Made by a program: the position numbers and the translations under genes
In this document: piece by piece, positions 10,671-20,692 of the stretch
Layout: each line of letters opens with the position of its first letter
How positions within the stretch are numbered: the stretch's first letter is position 1
From: an uncultured Gemmatimonadales bacterium
Lineage (GTDB): Bacteria; Gemmatimonadota; Gemmatimonadetes; Longimicrobiales; Gaopeijiaceae
Assembly: GCA_963823035.1 (NCBI GenBank)
Contig: CAWGKG010000005.1
Location: 128,001-192,000 of the forward strand
Direction: 5' to 3'
DNA: 64,000 nucleotides
The notes under the pieces: generated by a model
Databases searched by the model: none
Told to the model about the DNA's origin: nothing
Seen by the model: only the letters and a program-made list of their open reading frames with translations

Positions 10671-10992
10671 GTCCCCGTGGAATCCTGCCGCCAGTCACGA
10701 CCGCCTGGCCTTGACGACTGATACCGCGCGCGCCTCCCCGCCCATCCTCCCATCCCGATGACCCAACCGGGCCATCCCCTCCCACCAGCACCCTTCCCTT
10801 TCCCCTTCCTCCACCTCCTCCCCCACGCGGCGCAGCACCTTGCTCCTCGCCACGCCCCTCCCTGACCGTGTCTCCCGGTCCCTTCGTGCGGTTGGATTTC
10901 CTGTCCTTAGAGGATCCCACGCCGTTTGCCGAGTCTGGATGCGCCCCGTACCCTGGGAGGGTCCGTCGAGTCGCACGCAGATAAGGTGTTTC

Positions 10993-12711
10993 ATGTACCA
11001 CCGCCGCCCTCCCCCGCTCCACGTGTCGGGAAGCCTTGCGCTCCTGGCGTTCCTGGGCTTCGTCCCGGGCGCGACACAGACGCCGGGAGCCGGCGGCGCG
11101 GCTCCCGGCGCCGTGGCCCCTGACACCCTCCCCTTTCCCGAAAAGAGCATCGCCATCTACGTGGGCCGGAACCTCACGGCCGACGGCTCGGTGCTCCTGG
11201 GCGGCTTCGGCCACGAGCCTTCGAGCCACTGGTACGAAGTCACCCCCGCCAGGCACTTCGCCCCGGGCACCCGCATCGAGGTGGGCATCACCCAGGACGC
11301 CCGCGTTCCCGGGCGGCGCATGATGGTCCCCCAGGTGACGGAGACCGCGCGCTTCCTCACCACCAACTACTCCGAGTTCGCCGGCTTCCCGCCGCCCCTC
11401 ACCAACGGGGGACTCAACGAGTACGGCGTGGCGGCCCGGGACGTCTGGTCGCCTTCCCGCCAGGAACTGCGGGACATGACGCCGGTGCCGCAGACTGGGC
11501 TGAGCTACAGCGACCTGTCGCGCATGGTCATGGAGCGGGCCACCAGCGCCCGCGATGCCGTGGAGATCGTCGCGGACCTCATCGAGCGGTACGGGTACGC
11601 CACCTACGGCGGCAACTCCCACCTGTTCGCCGACTCCACCGAGGGGTGGGTGCTCATCGACTACGCAGGAGGCCAGGGGCTGTGGGCCGCGGAACGCCTC
11701 GGATCCGACGAGGTGCGGGTGCTCTACCCAGGCCACATCGGCGACTTCCCGGTGGACTTCGAGAACGACCCCGATCACATGGCGTCGGCCAACCTGGTGG
11801 ACTTCGCCGTGGAGCACGGATGGTGGGACCCGGACTCCGGCGAGCCCTTCAACCTCCACGAGGTCTACGGCCAGACGTTCCCCAGCGACCCGTCCCGGGA
11901 GGATCCCCACAACCTGTTCCGGTACCCGCCCCTCCTCCAGCGCCAGATCCGGGACATGGCGCCGGTACGGGTCCAGGACATGATGGCGCTGGTCCGGGAT
12001 CCGCGCTGGTCCAACGACGGCTCGGGGTATGGCCAGGTGGCCCATCTGCGCGCCGGCGCCCCCGGAGAGATGGGCGTGCTGTGGATGTCCATCACCGGCG
12101 CCGTGGCCAGTCCCTTCGTCCCCCTCCGGGTGGGCGTGGACGACGTCCCGCCGGAATACAAACAGCACCGGTACATGACCAAGGCCGCCGACTGGGCGTT
12201 CCTGGATACCCGGTACGCGCCCCTGGAGGCGACGCGCTCGGCGTTCCGCGTCCACAAGCGGCTCCTCTACCACATGTGCGCGCACCCCGAGGCGTTCCTG
12301 GACCCGGTGACGGCCACGCTGGAGGCGTTCGAGTCCCGGGAACTGGACGAACAGTCCGACCTGGAGCGGCGGGCGACGGCGCTGTACGCCGCCGGAGCGG
12401 CGGACTCGGCCCGGGCGCTCATCACCGCGTACAGCACAGACCGACTTCTGGCCGGACTGGCCCTGGGCGAGTCCCTGGTGGAGCAGGTGGAGCGGGCCAC
12501 CGTGGCGCGCTTCGGCGTACCCATGCCCGGCGTGGACGTCCCCGAGGGGGCATCGTGGCGTCCGGAGAGCGCGGAGATGATCCAGCGCCCCGGACAGACC
12601 TACCACCGCTGCCTCATGGAGGAGCGCGCCGACGAGTACCCCAGGCGCCATGGCGTCTACAGGTCCCTGGCCTCGGACACTCTGGTGTCCCGGGTCCTGG
12701 GGAATCGCTGA
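10993..12711 (+). CDS. Secreted C69-family (Ntn-hydrolase) dipeptidase-like protein
   Basis: Signal peptide, SIAIYVGRNLTADGSVL, GGLNEYGVA, MERATSARDAVE, LIERYGY. Confidence 0.8.
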   Translation: MYHRRPPPLHVSGSLALLAFLGFVPGATQTPGAGGAAPGAVAPDTLPFPEKSIAIYVGRNLTADGSVLLGGFGHEPSSHWYEVTPARHFAPGTRIEVGITQDARVPGRRMMVPQVTETARFLTTNYSEFAGFPPPLTNGGLNEYGVAARDVWSPSRQELRDMTPVPQTGLSYSDLSRMVMERATSARDAVEIVADLIERYGYATYGGNSHLFADSTEGWVLIDYAGGQGLWAAERLGSDEVRVLYPGHIGDFPVDFENDPDHMASANLVDFAVEHGWWDPDSGEPFNLHEVYGQTFPSDPSREDPHNLFRYPPLLQRQIRDMAPVRVQDMMALVRDPRWSNDGSGYGQVAHLRAGAPGEMGVLWMSITGAVASPFVPLRVGVDDVPPEYKQHRYMTKAADWAFLDTRYAPLEATRSAFRVHKRLLYHMCAHPEAFLDPVTATLEAFESRELDEQSDLERRATALYAAGAADSARALITAYSTDRLLAGLALGESLVEQVERATVARFGVPMPGVDVPEGASWRPESAEMIQRPGQTYHRCLMEERADEYPRRHGVYRSLASDTLVSRVLGNR

Positions 12712-12714
12712 GGC

Positions 12715-14265
12715 GTGCCTGGCCAAGCAAGGTCGCTGAAGATCCACCCGCCGGTCTTCTTCATCTCCGGCGCGCTGCTCCTGGTGTTCCTGGGGATCGG
12801 CGTCTTCTTCACCGAAGCGGCAGCGGACTTCTTCCCCCACCTCCTGGAGGCCGTCTCCACCTGGTTCGGTTGGTTCTACGTCCTCAGCATCGCCGGCTTC
12901 ATCGGGGTCGCGGTCTGGCTCCTCCTCAGCCCCTACGCAGGCATCCGCCTGGGCGCCGACGACGAGAGGCCCGCGTTCTCCCGGTTGAGCTGGTTCGCCA
13001 TGCTCTTCAGCGCCGGCATGGGCATCGGCCTGGTGTTCTATGGAGTGGCCGAGCCCATGATGCACTACGCTTCTCTGCCGGGCGTCGAGCCGCGCAGCGC
13101 CGAGGCGGCGGCGCGGGCCGTGCCGGTCACGCTGTTCCACTGGGGCATCCACGCCTGGTCCACGTACCTGCTGCTGGGCCTGGCCATCGCCTACTTCTCG
13201 TTCCGGAAGGGGCTGCCCCTGTCCATCCGGTCGTGCCTCCATCCCCTCCTGGGCGACCGCATCCACGGACCCATCGGGCACGCCGTGGACATCCTGGCGG
13301 TCTTCGGCACGCTGTTCGGGCTCGCCACCTCCCTGGGGCTGGGCGCCATGCAGATCAGCGCCGGCCTGGAGTACGTGTTCGGTGTGAGCCGGGGCCTGGA
13401 GACGCAGCTGACCCTCATCGCCGTCATCACCGTCATCGCCACGCTGTCGCTGGTCAGCGGGGTGGATCGCGGCATCCGCCGTCTCAGTGAACTGAACCTG
13501 CTCCTGGCCGCGGCGCTCCTCCTGTTCGTGTTCCTGGCGGGCCCCACCGCGCACCTGGCGGCGTCGTTGTTCGGCAATGTCGCGGGATACGCGCGCCAGT
13601 TGGTGGTGCGCTCGTTCGCCCTGGGTCTCCTCAGGGGCGACGCCGCCGAATGGTCCCGGTCGTGGACCATCTTCTACTGGGGATGGTGGATCGCGTGGGC
13701 GCCCTTCGTGGGAATGTTCGTGGCCCGCATCTCACGGGGACGGACCATCCGGGAGTTCATCCTCGGCGTCATGCTGGTGCCGCCGGCGGTGGCCGTGGTG
13801 TGGTTCACCGTCTTCGGCGACACGGCCCTGACCCTCGAGGCGGCCGGGGGCGGCATCTCCCAGGCCGTTTCCCAGGACCTGGCCACGGCCATCTACGTGG
13901 TGCTGGACAAGCTCCCGTTCGCGGCGGTGTCCTCGACTCTGGCCGCCGCCGTCGTATCGGTGTTCTTCATCACCTCAAGCGACTCGGCCTCCTTCGTGGT
14001 GGACATGCTCACGTCGGGCGGTCACCCCAATCCGCCCCGGTGGCAGCGCGTCTTCTGGGCTCTGGCCGAGGGCGCGTGCGCCGCGGTGCTTCTCTACGCC
14101 GGCGGCCGGCGCGCCCTGACGGCGCTGCAGGCCGTGGTGGTGAGCATCGGACTTCCCTTCTGCGTGGTCATCGGCGTCGTGGCCGCCAACCTCGTGGTGG
14201 GGCTCCGGCGGGAACGCCGGAGCCCCGCCGGCGGAGGGGACGTGCCGGACCCGACGGTAGCGTAG
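12715..14265 (+). CDS. BCCT family transporter
   Basis: WFAMLFSAGMGIGLVFYGVAEP, FHWGIHAW, WTIFYWGWWIAWAPFVGMFVARISRGRT. Confidence 0.95.
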   Translation: MPGQARSLKIHPPVFFISGALLLVFLGIGVFFTEAAADFFPHLLEAVSTWFGWFYVLSIAGFIGVAVWLLLSPYAGIRLGADDERPAFSRLSWFAMLFSAGMGIGLVFYGVAEPMMHYASLPGVEPRSAEAAARAVPVTLFHWGIHAWSTYLLLGLAIAYFSFRKGLPLSIRSCLHPLLGDRIHGPIGHAVDILAVFGTLFGLATSLGLGAMQISAGLEYVFGVSRGLETQLTLIAVITVIATLSLVSGVDRGIRRLSELNLLLAAALLLFVFLAGPTAHLAASLFGNVAGYARQLVVRSFALGLLRGDAAEWSRSWTIFYWGWWIAWAPFVGMFVARISRGRTIREFILGVMLVPPAVAVVWFTVFGDTALTLEAAGGGISQAVSQDLATAIYVVLDKLPFAAVSSTLAAAVVSVFFITSSDSASFVVDMLTSGGHPNPPRWQRVFWALAEGACAAVLLYAGGRRALTALQAVVVSIGLPFCVVIGVVAANLVVGLRRERRSPAGGGDVPDPTVA

Positions 14266-14309
14266 GTTGGACGGCGCCCCACCTCCAGGACCCACCCACG
14301 GAGTGATCC

Positions 14310-15506
14310 ATGTCAGCCGACGGAGCGAAGCCCGGAGCCGCCACCACCGCCGTCTGGGCCGGTGAAGAGGACCGGCGCTCCGGCGCCCCCACGCAGGCGC
14401 CCATGGTGGGCTCGGTGTCCTTCGGCTACCGGGACCTGGAGGAGTGGCTCGCGGTGGCCAGGGGCGAGCGGGCCGGCCACATCTACGGCCGGAACACCAA
14501 CCCCACGGTGGCGGTCTTCGAGGAGAAGGTGCGCATCCTGGAAGGCGCCGACGCGGCCACGTCCTTCGCCACCGGGATGGCGGCCATATCAGGGACGCTC
14601 TTCGCGCTCCTGAAGCCCGGCGCCCGCGTCGTGTCCACCCGGGACACGTATGGGGGAACCAGCGTGGTGTTCACCGACGATCTACCGCGCTGGGGCGTGG
14701 ACGTGGTCCTGTGCGACACCGAGGACGCCGACGCCATCGAGGCCGAGTGCGCCCGGGGGTGCGACCTCCTGTACCTGGAGACGCCCACCAACCCCACGCT
14801 GAAGGTGCTGGACCTGGCGCGGCTGTCCGCGGCCGGCCACGCCGTCGACGCCACGGTGATGGTGGACAACACCTTCGCCACGCCGGTGAACCAGAACCCG
14901 CTGGCCCTGGGCGCCGACCTGGTGGTGCACTCGGCCACCAAGTTCCTGGGCGGCCACGCCGACGCCCTGGGCGGCGTGGTGTGCGGAAGTGAGGCGCTGG
15001 TCCGCAGGATCTTCCGCTTCCGGGAGATCACAGGCGCCACGCTCCATCCCGAGGCCGCCTACCTCCTGCTCCGGGGCATGAAGACGCTGGCCCTGCGCGT
15101 GGCACGGCAGAACGGGAGCGCCCTGCGCATCGCCCGCTGGCTGGAGGAGGCCGACGGGGTGGCCTCGGTCCACTATCCGGGGCTGACGTCACACCCGGCC
15201 CACGAAGTGGCGGCCCGGCAGATGCGGGGCTTCGGCGGCGTCCTCAGCTTCGCGCTGGACGGAGGGATGGAGGCCGTGGAGTGCTTCCTGCCCGCGCTGC
15301 GGTGGGCCCACCTGGCCGCCAACCTGGGCGCCGTGGAGACGGTGGCGGGGACGCCGGCCACCACCAGCCACGTGGAGTGCACCGCCGAGGAACGCGCCAC
15401 CCTGGGCATTCCCGAAGGGCTCATCCGGTACTCGGTTGGCATCGAGGACCCGGAGGACCTGCTGGCGGACCTGGAGCAGGCGCTGGCGGCGCCGCGGGGC
15501 GGCTGA
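14310..15506 (+). CDS. Cys/Met metabolism PLP enzyme (cystathionine gamma-synthase/lyase family)
   Basis: YGRNTNPT, ETPTNP, DNTFATP, HSATKFLGGH, RYSVGIED. Confidence 0.93.
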   Translation: MSADGAKPGAATTAVWAGEEDRRSGAPTQAPMVGSVSFGYRDLEEWLAVARGERAGHIYGRNTNPTVAVFEEKVRILEGADAATSFATGMAAISGTLFALLKPGARVVSTRDTYGGTSVVFTDDLPRWGVDVVLCDTEDADAIEAECARGCDLLYLETPTNPTLKVLDLARLSAAGHAVDATVMVDNTFATPVNQNPLALGADLVVHSATKFLGGHADALGGVVCGSEALVRRIFRFREITGATLHPEAAYLLLRGMKTLALRVARQNGSALRIARWLEEADGVASVHYPGLTSHPAHEVAARQMRGFGGVLSFALDGGMEAVECFLPALRWAHLAANLGAVETVAGTPATTSHVECTAEERATLGIPEGLIRYSVGIEDPEDLLADLEQALAAPRGG

Positions 15507-15611
15507 GGTAGCGGACAGGCGCAGGTGCCCGGACCCTGGTACAGACATTTCGTCTGAAGGGGCGTACACGCCCCCGGTCCAGGGGGCATCACCCTGAATC
15601 CAGGAAGGACC

Positions 15612-15982
15612 ATGAAACAAGGACGCCCTGATAACGGAACTCAACGAAGATCTGGCGGGCAAACTCGCTGCAATTACCCAATACATCAACGTACGCCGCC
15701 AAGGCTACGGGACCGTATCTCCCCCAACTCAACCAGTTCTTCCTCGCAGAAGTGGGCGACGAGCGGAGACACGCCGAATTCCTGTCCGAGAAGATCGTGG
15801 CGCTGGGCGGAGAGCCCGTGACCAAAGCCCGGAAGGTCCCCGAAGCGTCGAGTAGTCACGACACGCTCAAGGCCGTTCTTTCCGAGGAGCGCAAAGCCGT
15901 GGATAACTACACCCAGCGGGCGGAACAGGCCGAGGAGCTGGGCGAAAAGGAGCTCGCGGTCATGCTCGAAGACATGATCGCC
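15612..15982 (+). pseudogene. Ferritin/bacterioferritin-like gene, two frameshifts and 3' truncation
   Basis: Reconstructed MNKDALITELNEDL...QY..YAA...DERRHAEFLSEKIVALGGEP...LEDMI; final ExxH helix absent. Confidence 0.75.
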
Positions 15983-16110
15983 ACGCGCCGCGGATGTTCA
16001 GGTTCTCGTCCCGCCCCACGTGGAGCAAAGCGAGCCCGGCGCCGCTCACTAGGAGGCCGCCGACAGCGACGCCCATCATCAGTGGCCCCATCACGTCGTG
16101 GGGTTCCCGG

Positions 16111-17961
16111 ACGGATAGGTAGTCGAAACGCCCTCTTGAACCAAGAAGCATCGTAGGGAGCGGGTGGAAGGGGAGCGAGCGTGGGGTGAGAGGAGCTCGG
16201 CGGCAGGAAGGACGAGGCGAAGGGGGCGAGACACGGCGAGGATGCTCGGAGGGGCCGAGACCATGAGCGGATGGGCGGCGAGGGCCGAGAACGAGTGAGG
16301 GAGTGTGGAGGGCGCCCGAATCAGTCGTCGAAGTCGGCGGGCAGAGACTGGTCGAACTGGAAGTCGGGCACGGGCTCGGGGCCGGCGGGGTCAAAGCTCG
16401 ACGTCTGGTCGAGCATGAAGTCACGCTGGGGTGGGCCGCGAGCAGGTGCGAGGGGCGGGGGTTTGTTGGGAAGGTCGAGGTGAAGAAGGATGGCGGAGAG
16501 GACGGGCGGATCGGTGATGAAGGCGAGGACCTTCATGGACCCACCGCAGGCGGGGCAGAGGAGCGGCAGGACCTCATAGATCCGGGTGAGGAGCACGGCC
16601 CAGCGGATACGCGCCGGGCTGGCGAGCCGAGGAGGGTCGTCCAGGTCACTGGGCACGGGATGGGGTGTTCCACCATCGGCAGGGCAGGGCATCTCGGCCG
16701 GGGATCGACCGATGGCGACGACGGCGGCGCGCAGGCCGGCATGAGGCGCGAGGACGCCGTGGTAGCGGTGGCGGTGCATGCGCGGCGGGGGCACGAAGGC
16801 AACGAGGCGCTCGAGGAGCTGGAGAGGCGATAGGACGATCTCGGTGCGCCCGTCGGGCGTGGGCTTGGGAAAGCGGTAGTGGAGGCGCGCGTCGGGGGAG
16901 GCGAGGGAGGCGACGCCGGCAAGGGCATGGAGTCGTTCGAGCGCGAAGGGCGGTCGGGCACAGTAGCGCACGAGGCGCTCGAGGCCGGCGCGGTCGTCAC
17001 CCTCGATGCGCACGGAAGCGTCGATGCTGAACCCACCGGAGCCCTGCCAGGAGAGCATGTGGAGGGCGTCGAGCTCATCGAGCAGCCCGTGGGCGCGGAA
17101 GTATCGGAGGACGCGACGCTGAATGACGCCCTGGAGCCGGGTCCAGTGCTCGGGCTGGAGGAGGGTGGCCTCGTGGAAGCGAGCCTCACGGGTGTCGTCA
17201 TCACGGGTTCGGGAGAAGACGCCGTCGAGGACGACGAGGTGGAAGTGGGGATGGGCGTTGAGGGAGGAGCCGAAGCGGTGCAGGAAGCTGACGGCGCCCA
17301 GCTGGGCGTCCGAGGGCGCGCCGGGGCTGGCGTGGCGGAGCGTGGTGCGGATGGCGCGTAGGAAGATCCGGAGGACGGCACCCGCGACGTCGGAGTTGTG
17401 ATGCAGGAAGGGCCGGAGGCGCTTGGGCACCGAGAGGACCCACTGCCTGGCGGCGAGGTGGGGCAGCACGTGGTCGGTGAGGTGAGCGGCAAGCTCGGCC
17501 ATGCGCCGGGTGTTGCAGGAGGGGCAGATCCCTCGGCCCTTGCACGAGAATGGGATCAGCCGTTCGTGACCGCAATCCTCGCAGCGAGCCCGGGCGAACC
17601 CGTGCGCGAGGAGGGATGACCGCACCGCGGTTTGGGCGAGGAAGGTCTCCAGATGGTGTTGGACGGCCGGGTAGAGCGGCGTCGCGGTCGGACGTCGAGG
17701 CCGATAGGTGGGCGAGGTGGCCGGACGCGATGGCCTGGCAGGTGAGGGAAGGGGCCGGAAGAGTCGCTTGGCCGGAGTCGCCATGGCCGACGGTGCCTCG
17801 GGTCACCGAGCGACGCCATGGGCCGATCCGCCCTGGATGGACATGCGTCCACGCCTCGGGGACCCCACACCTCAGCCCACACCCTTGTGGCCGAGATGCC
17901 CCAGATGCCTTGCGGCAGTAGCGACATCGCCGGATTGGGCCGCTCACGCCCACACCGGTTC
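16111..17961 (-). mobile_element. IS91/ISCR-like element copy 1 (oriIS-like end at 16111-16133; other end at tmRNA T-loop copy)
   Basis: Minus strand GGGCGTTTCGACTACCTATCCGT resembles ISCR oriIS ends; contains an HUH transposase. Confidence 0.8.
16321..17784 (-). CDS. IS91-family rolling-circle (HUH) transposase with a short N-terminal deletion
   Basis: HGFARARCEDC, FSCKGRGICPSC, RQWVLSVPKRLR, HUH motif HPHFH, RYCARP, RYHGVLAP, CPACGG. Confidence 0.92.
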   Translation of the reverse strand: MATPAKRLFRPLPSPARPSRPATSPTYRPRRPTATPLYPAVQHHLETFLAQTAVRSSLLAHGFARARCEDCGHERLIPFSCKGRGICPSCNTRRMAELAAHLTDHVLPHLAARQWVLSVPKRLRPFLHHNSDVAGAVLRIFLRAIRTTLRHASPGAPSDAQLGAVSFLHRFGSSLNAHPHFHLVVLDGVFSRTRDDDTREARFHEATLLQPEHWTRLQGVIQRRVLRYFRAHGLLDELDALHMLSWQGSGGFSIDASVRIEGDDRAGLERLVRYCARPPFALERLHALAGVASLASPDARLHYRFPKPTPDGRTEIVLSPLQLLERLVAFVPPPRMHRHRYHGVLAPHAGLRAAVVAIGRSPAEMPCPADGGTPHPVPSDLDDPPRLASPARIRWAVLLTRIYEVLPLLCPACGGSMKVLAFITDPPVLSAILLHLDLPNKPPPLAPARGPPQRDFMLDQTSSFDPAGPEPVPDFQFDQSLPADFDD

Positions 17962-18227
17962 GACTCCCGCCGCCTCCACTCGGCCCTACCGGGCAGTTCC
18001 CGGTAGGGCCTATTTGCTTGTGCCGAGTGGAGGCGGCGGGAGGCGAACCCGCGCGGACTCGGCGAAGCCGAGGACGCCGAGTGGGTTTGTGCCGATGGAG
18101 CAAGGACGCTCTCGCCAGACCTTCCCGCCGACCGACGAGGCAACGTCGCGGCGGCGCAGCCGCCGTGGCGGTACTCCCGCCGCCTCCATCAAACAGGTCT
18201 GACCACCATCTCGGTGGTCAGGCCTGT
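17957..18227. repeat. tmRNA 3' end copy + 210-bp unit + hairpin B
   Basis: GGTTCGACTCCCGCCGCCTCCA at 17957-17978; next 3' end finishes at 18188; hairpin ACAGGTCTGACCACC-atctc-GGTGGTCAGGCCTGT at 18193-18227. Confidence 0.92.
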
Positions 18228-18329
18228 CTGGCGTTCCACTTGTTGATTGGGGGAGATCAGCGGCAACTCCGGGCATGGGTTTCCCTGCGTTTGGATCTCG
18301 CCGTCGTCCACGACGCCCCCAGGAACACC

Positions 18330-18890
18330 AGTCCGTCTTCTCGGGCGACAGGGTCACGATAGCGGCGTCGGCACCGGCTCCTCGTAGACCTCGACGTTGT
18401 CGATCTTGGGCGCGACGATGTCGCCTTCGGCGAACCCGCCGCCCGCCTGCGGCTCGCAGTTGATCCGCGCCCGTAGCTCCTCGGGCGTGAGGAGCGGTAG
18501 CATGGGGTCGTCGCGCACCGCCTCGACGATGCTTGTTGGAGTTGTCCACGAAGCTGGCCGCGATCACCTTCCCCTCGTCGGTGCTCGTGTAGCCGCCCTC
18601 AGCCGCCCCGGCGCCCCCGAAGACCTGCAGCGCGCCCAGGACGAAGTCGGTCTTGCGCGCCTTGCCCGCGGCGGACGCCACCTGGACGCCGGAGCGGGTC
18701 GCGGTGATCAGGACGCTGGTGGAGGCCTCCTTGAACTTCAGCCCCCCGGCGATGGCGCCGACCCCATGTCCAAACAGGCTGCCGACCGCACCTCCCACGC
18801 CACCGGCGTCGTCGTCGGAGAAGAGGATCTCCGGAGTCAGGTGGAAGTCGGCCGCCTGCATCTGCACCGCAACCAGGTTGGTCTCACCGG
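18330..18890 (-). pseudogene. Fragment of a CsgG/HfaB-like protein gene
   Basis: QMQAADF.LTPEILFS...GGLKFKEASTS...RSGVQVASA.GKARKTDF...YTSTDEGKVIAASFVD; no N-terminus, frameshifted. Confidence 0.6.
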
Positions 18891-18925
18891 TCAGGCGGGG
18901 TTCGACATGGCAGGGCTAGGCGGGG

Positions 18926-19747
18926 TTAGGCGCGCGTCCGCGGCAACGGCGTGGCGGTACGCAGCGTGATGGTGACGGATACGGCCATGACGGTCTGGAT
19001 GCAGAGGCTCATGACGATGGCGTCGAAATGCTGTAGGCCGAAGGCCGCGTTGGCCGCGTGCAGCAGCGTGTAGAGGCTGAAGGCGATGCTGATCACCGCA
19101 AAGACGGTCAGTTGCGCGGCGATGGCGCGGTCGCGTGCTTCCGGGTCGGGGTGCGGCGTGCGGCTGCGGTTGCTCAGTTTCCACCCGCCGAGCAACGCCA
19201 GCAGGCCGTTGGTCACCAGCAGGGTCAGGTTCCTTGCCAGGGTGTCGCGGCCGAGGTCGAAGTCGTGCAGGGACAGGTCCGCAAGCACGGTCATCGCCAG
19301 CATGGCCAGCGCCAGCGTGAGCAGCCACGGCGGTACGAAATCGGACAGGCGGCGGGGCGCCGGGCCGGTGCTGCCTTGTGTTGTTGGGTGCAGCTCGCGC
19401 AGGCGGCGGAACAGGTGGAAGCAGAACACGTCCATGGCCAGCATCGGTAGGAACTGCGCGGCGCCGAAGACTCCCGGCCAGGCCCTGGGGATGGGTGTTT
19501 CGGTCCCGTGCTGCCAAGAGAGGATGGCCACGAGCGCGAGTCCCGCAAGCAACAGCAGGTGATTGGCCCAGGTGAAGAGGACCAGGCCGGTGCGGTAGGT
19601 GGACACCGGACGCGGGTACAGCCGTGGATGGGTCGAAGCCGGGAAAGCTTCCAGGATCGCGCGCAAGCGGCGCTTGACGCTGTACGGGACGACCGCCGAG
19701 ATCAGCAGCACCTGCCCAAGGAAGACGAGGTAAAACAGGACGTTCAT
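18926..19747 (-). CDS. Hypothetical polytopic membrane protein
   Basis: About 7 hydrophobic segments; GGAG upstream of ATG 19747. Confidence 0.7.
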   Translation of the reverse strand: MNVLFYLVFLGQVLLISAVVPYSVKRRLRAILEAFPASTHPRLYPRPVSTYRTGLVLFTWANHLLLLAGLALVAILSWQHGTETPIPRAWPGVFGAAQFLPMLAMDVFCFHLFRRLRELHPTTQGSTGPAPRRLSDFVPPWLLTLALAMLAMTVLADLSLHDFDLGRDTLARNLTLLVTNGLLALLGGWKLSNRSRTPHPDPEARDRAIAAQLTVFAVISIAFSLYTLLHAANAAFGLQHFDAIVMSLCIQTVMAVSVTITLRTATPLPRTRA

Positions 19748-19774
19748 GCGGTCGTGGCTCCAAGGACAGGAAGA

Positions 19775-20675
19775 AGGGCCAGGAACTCGAACCGCCCTGT
19801 CGGCCCGACGGGCATGGTATTCTGCGGGGTCAGGAGGAGCAAGCGGCGAGAGCTCGCTTGGGGTGGGGGCGAGGGTGAACGGACGAGGCTGGGTGAGAGC
19901 AGGGGGATGCTCGCAGAAGCCGAACCGATGATCGGATGGGCAGCGAGGGGCGATGCCCGAATGGGGATGCGCGAGGGGCCGAGCCATTGTCAGTCGTCAA
20001 GTCGCCGGGCAGAGACTGGTCGAACTGGAGGGCACCGCGCGAAGCGTGGTCGGGCACGGGCTCGGGATCGGCGGGATCGAAGCTCGGCGTCTGGTCGAGT
20101 AGGAGGCCGCGCTGAGGTGGGCCACGCGCGGGAGCGAGGGGCGGGGGTTTGTTTGGGGGGGTCGAGGTGAACGAGGATGGCGGAGAGGACGGGCGGATCG
20201 GTGATGAAGGCGAGGATTCTCATGGACCTGCCGCAGGCGGGGTAAGGGAGGAGCCGAAGCGGTGTAGGAAGCTGACGGCGTCAAGCTGGGCGTCCGACTC
20301 CACCCACCAGGGCACGCCGTTGCCCAGAGGGTCGGCTTCCGCGGCCCGGGCGAGGAAGGTCTCCAGATGGTGTTGGACGACCGGGTAGAGCGGCGCCGCG
20401 GTCGCACGTCGAGGCCGATAGGTGGGCGAGGTGGCCGAACGCGATGGCCGGGTGGGTGAGGGAAGGGGCCGGAAGAGTCGCTTGACCGGAGTCGCCATGG
20501 CCGACGGTGCCCCGGCTCACCGAGCGACGCCATGGGCCGATCGGCCCTGGATGGACATGCGTCCACGCCTCGGGGACCCCACACCTCACCCCACACCCTT
20601 GCGGCCGAGACGCCCCAGATGCCTTGCGGCAGTAGCCACATCGCCGAATCGGGCCGCTCACGCCCACGCCGGTTC
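19775..20675 (-). mobile_element. IS91/ISCR-like element copy 2, internally deleted (tnp remnant 19990-20498)
   Basis: Highly similar to copy 1 at both ends; oriIS-like motif 19775-19797; same junction to tmRNA 3' end copy at 20671-20692. Confidence 0.85.
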
Positions 20676-20692
20676 GACTCCCGCCGCCTCCA

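Noticed and set aside
9624..10761. Short ORFs across the tmRNA and repeats
   Set aside because: They translate structured non-coding repeats and have no protein-like features.
16103..16110. GTTC as the exact IS91 target next to oriIS copy 1
   Set aside because: It lies 4 nt from the aligned motif end and is absent at the other two oriIS copies, so it is not counted as support.
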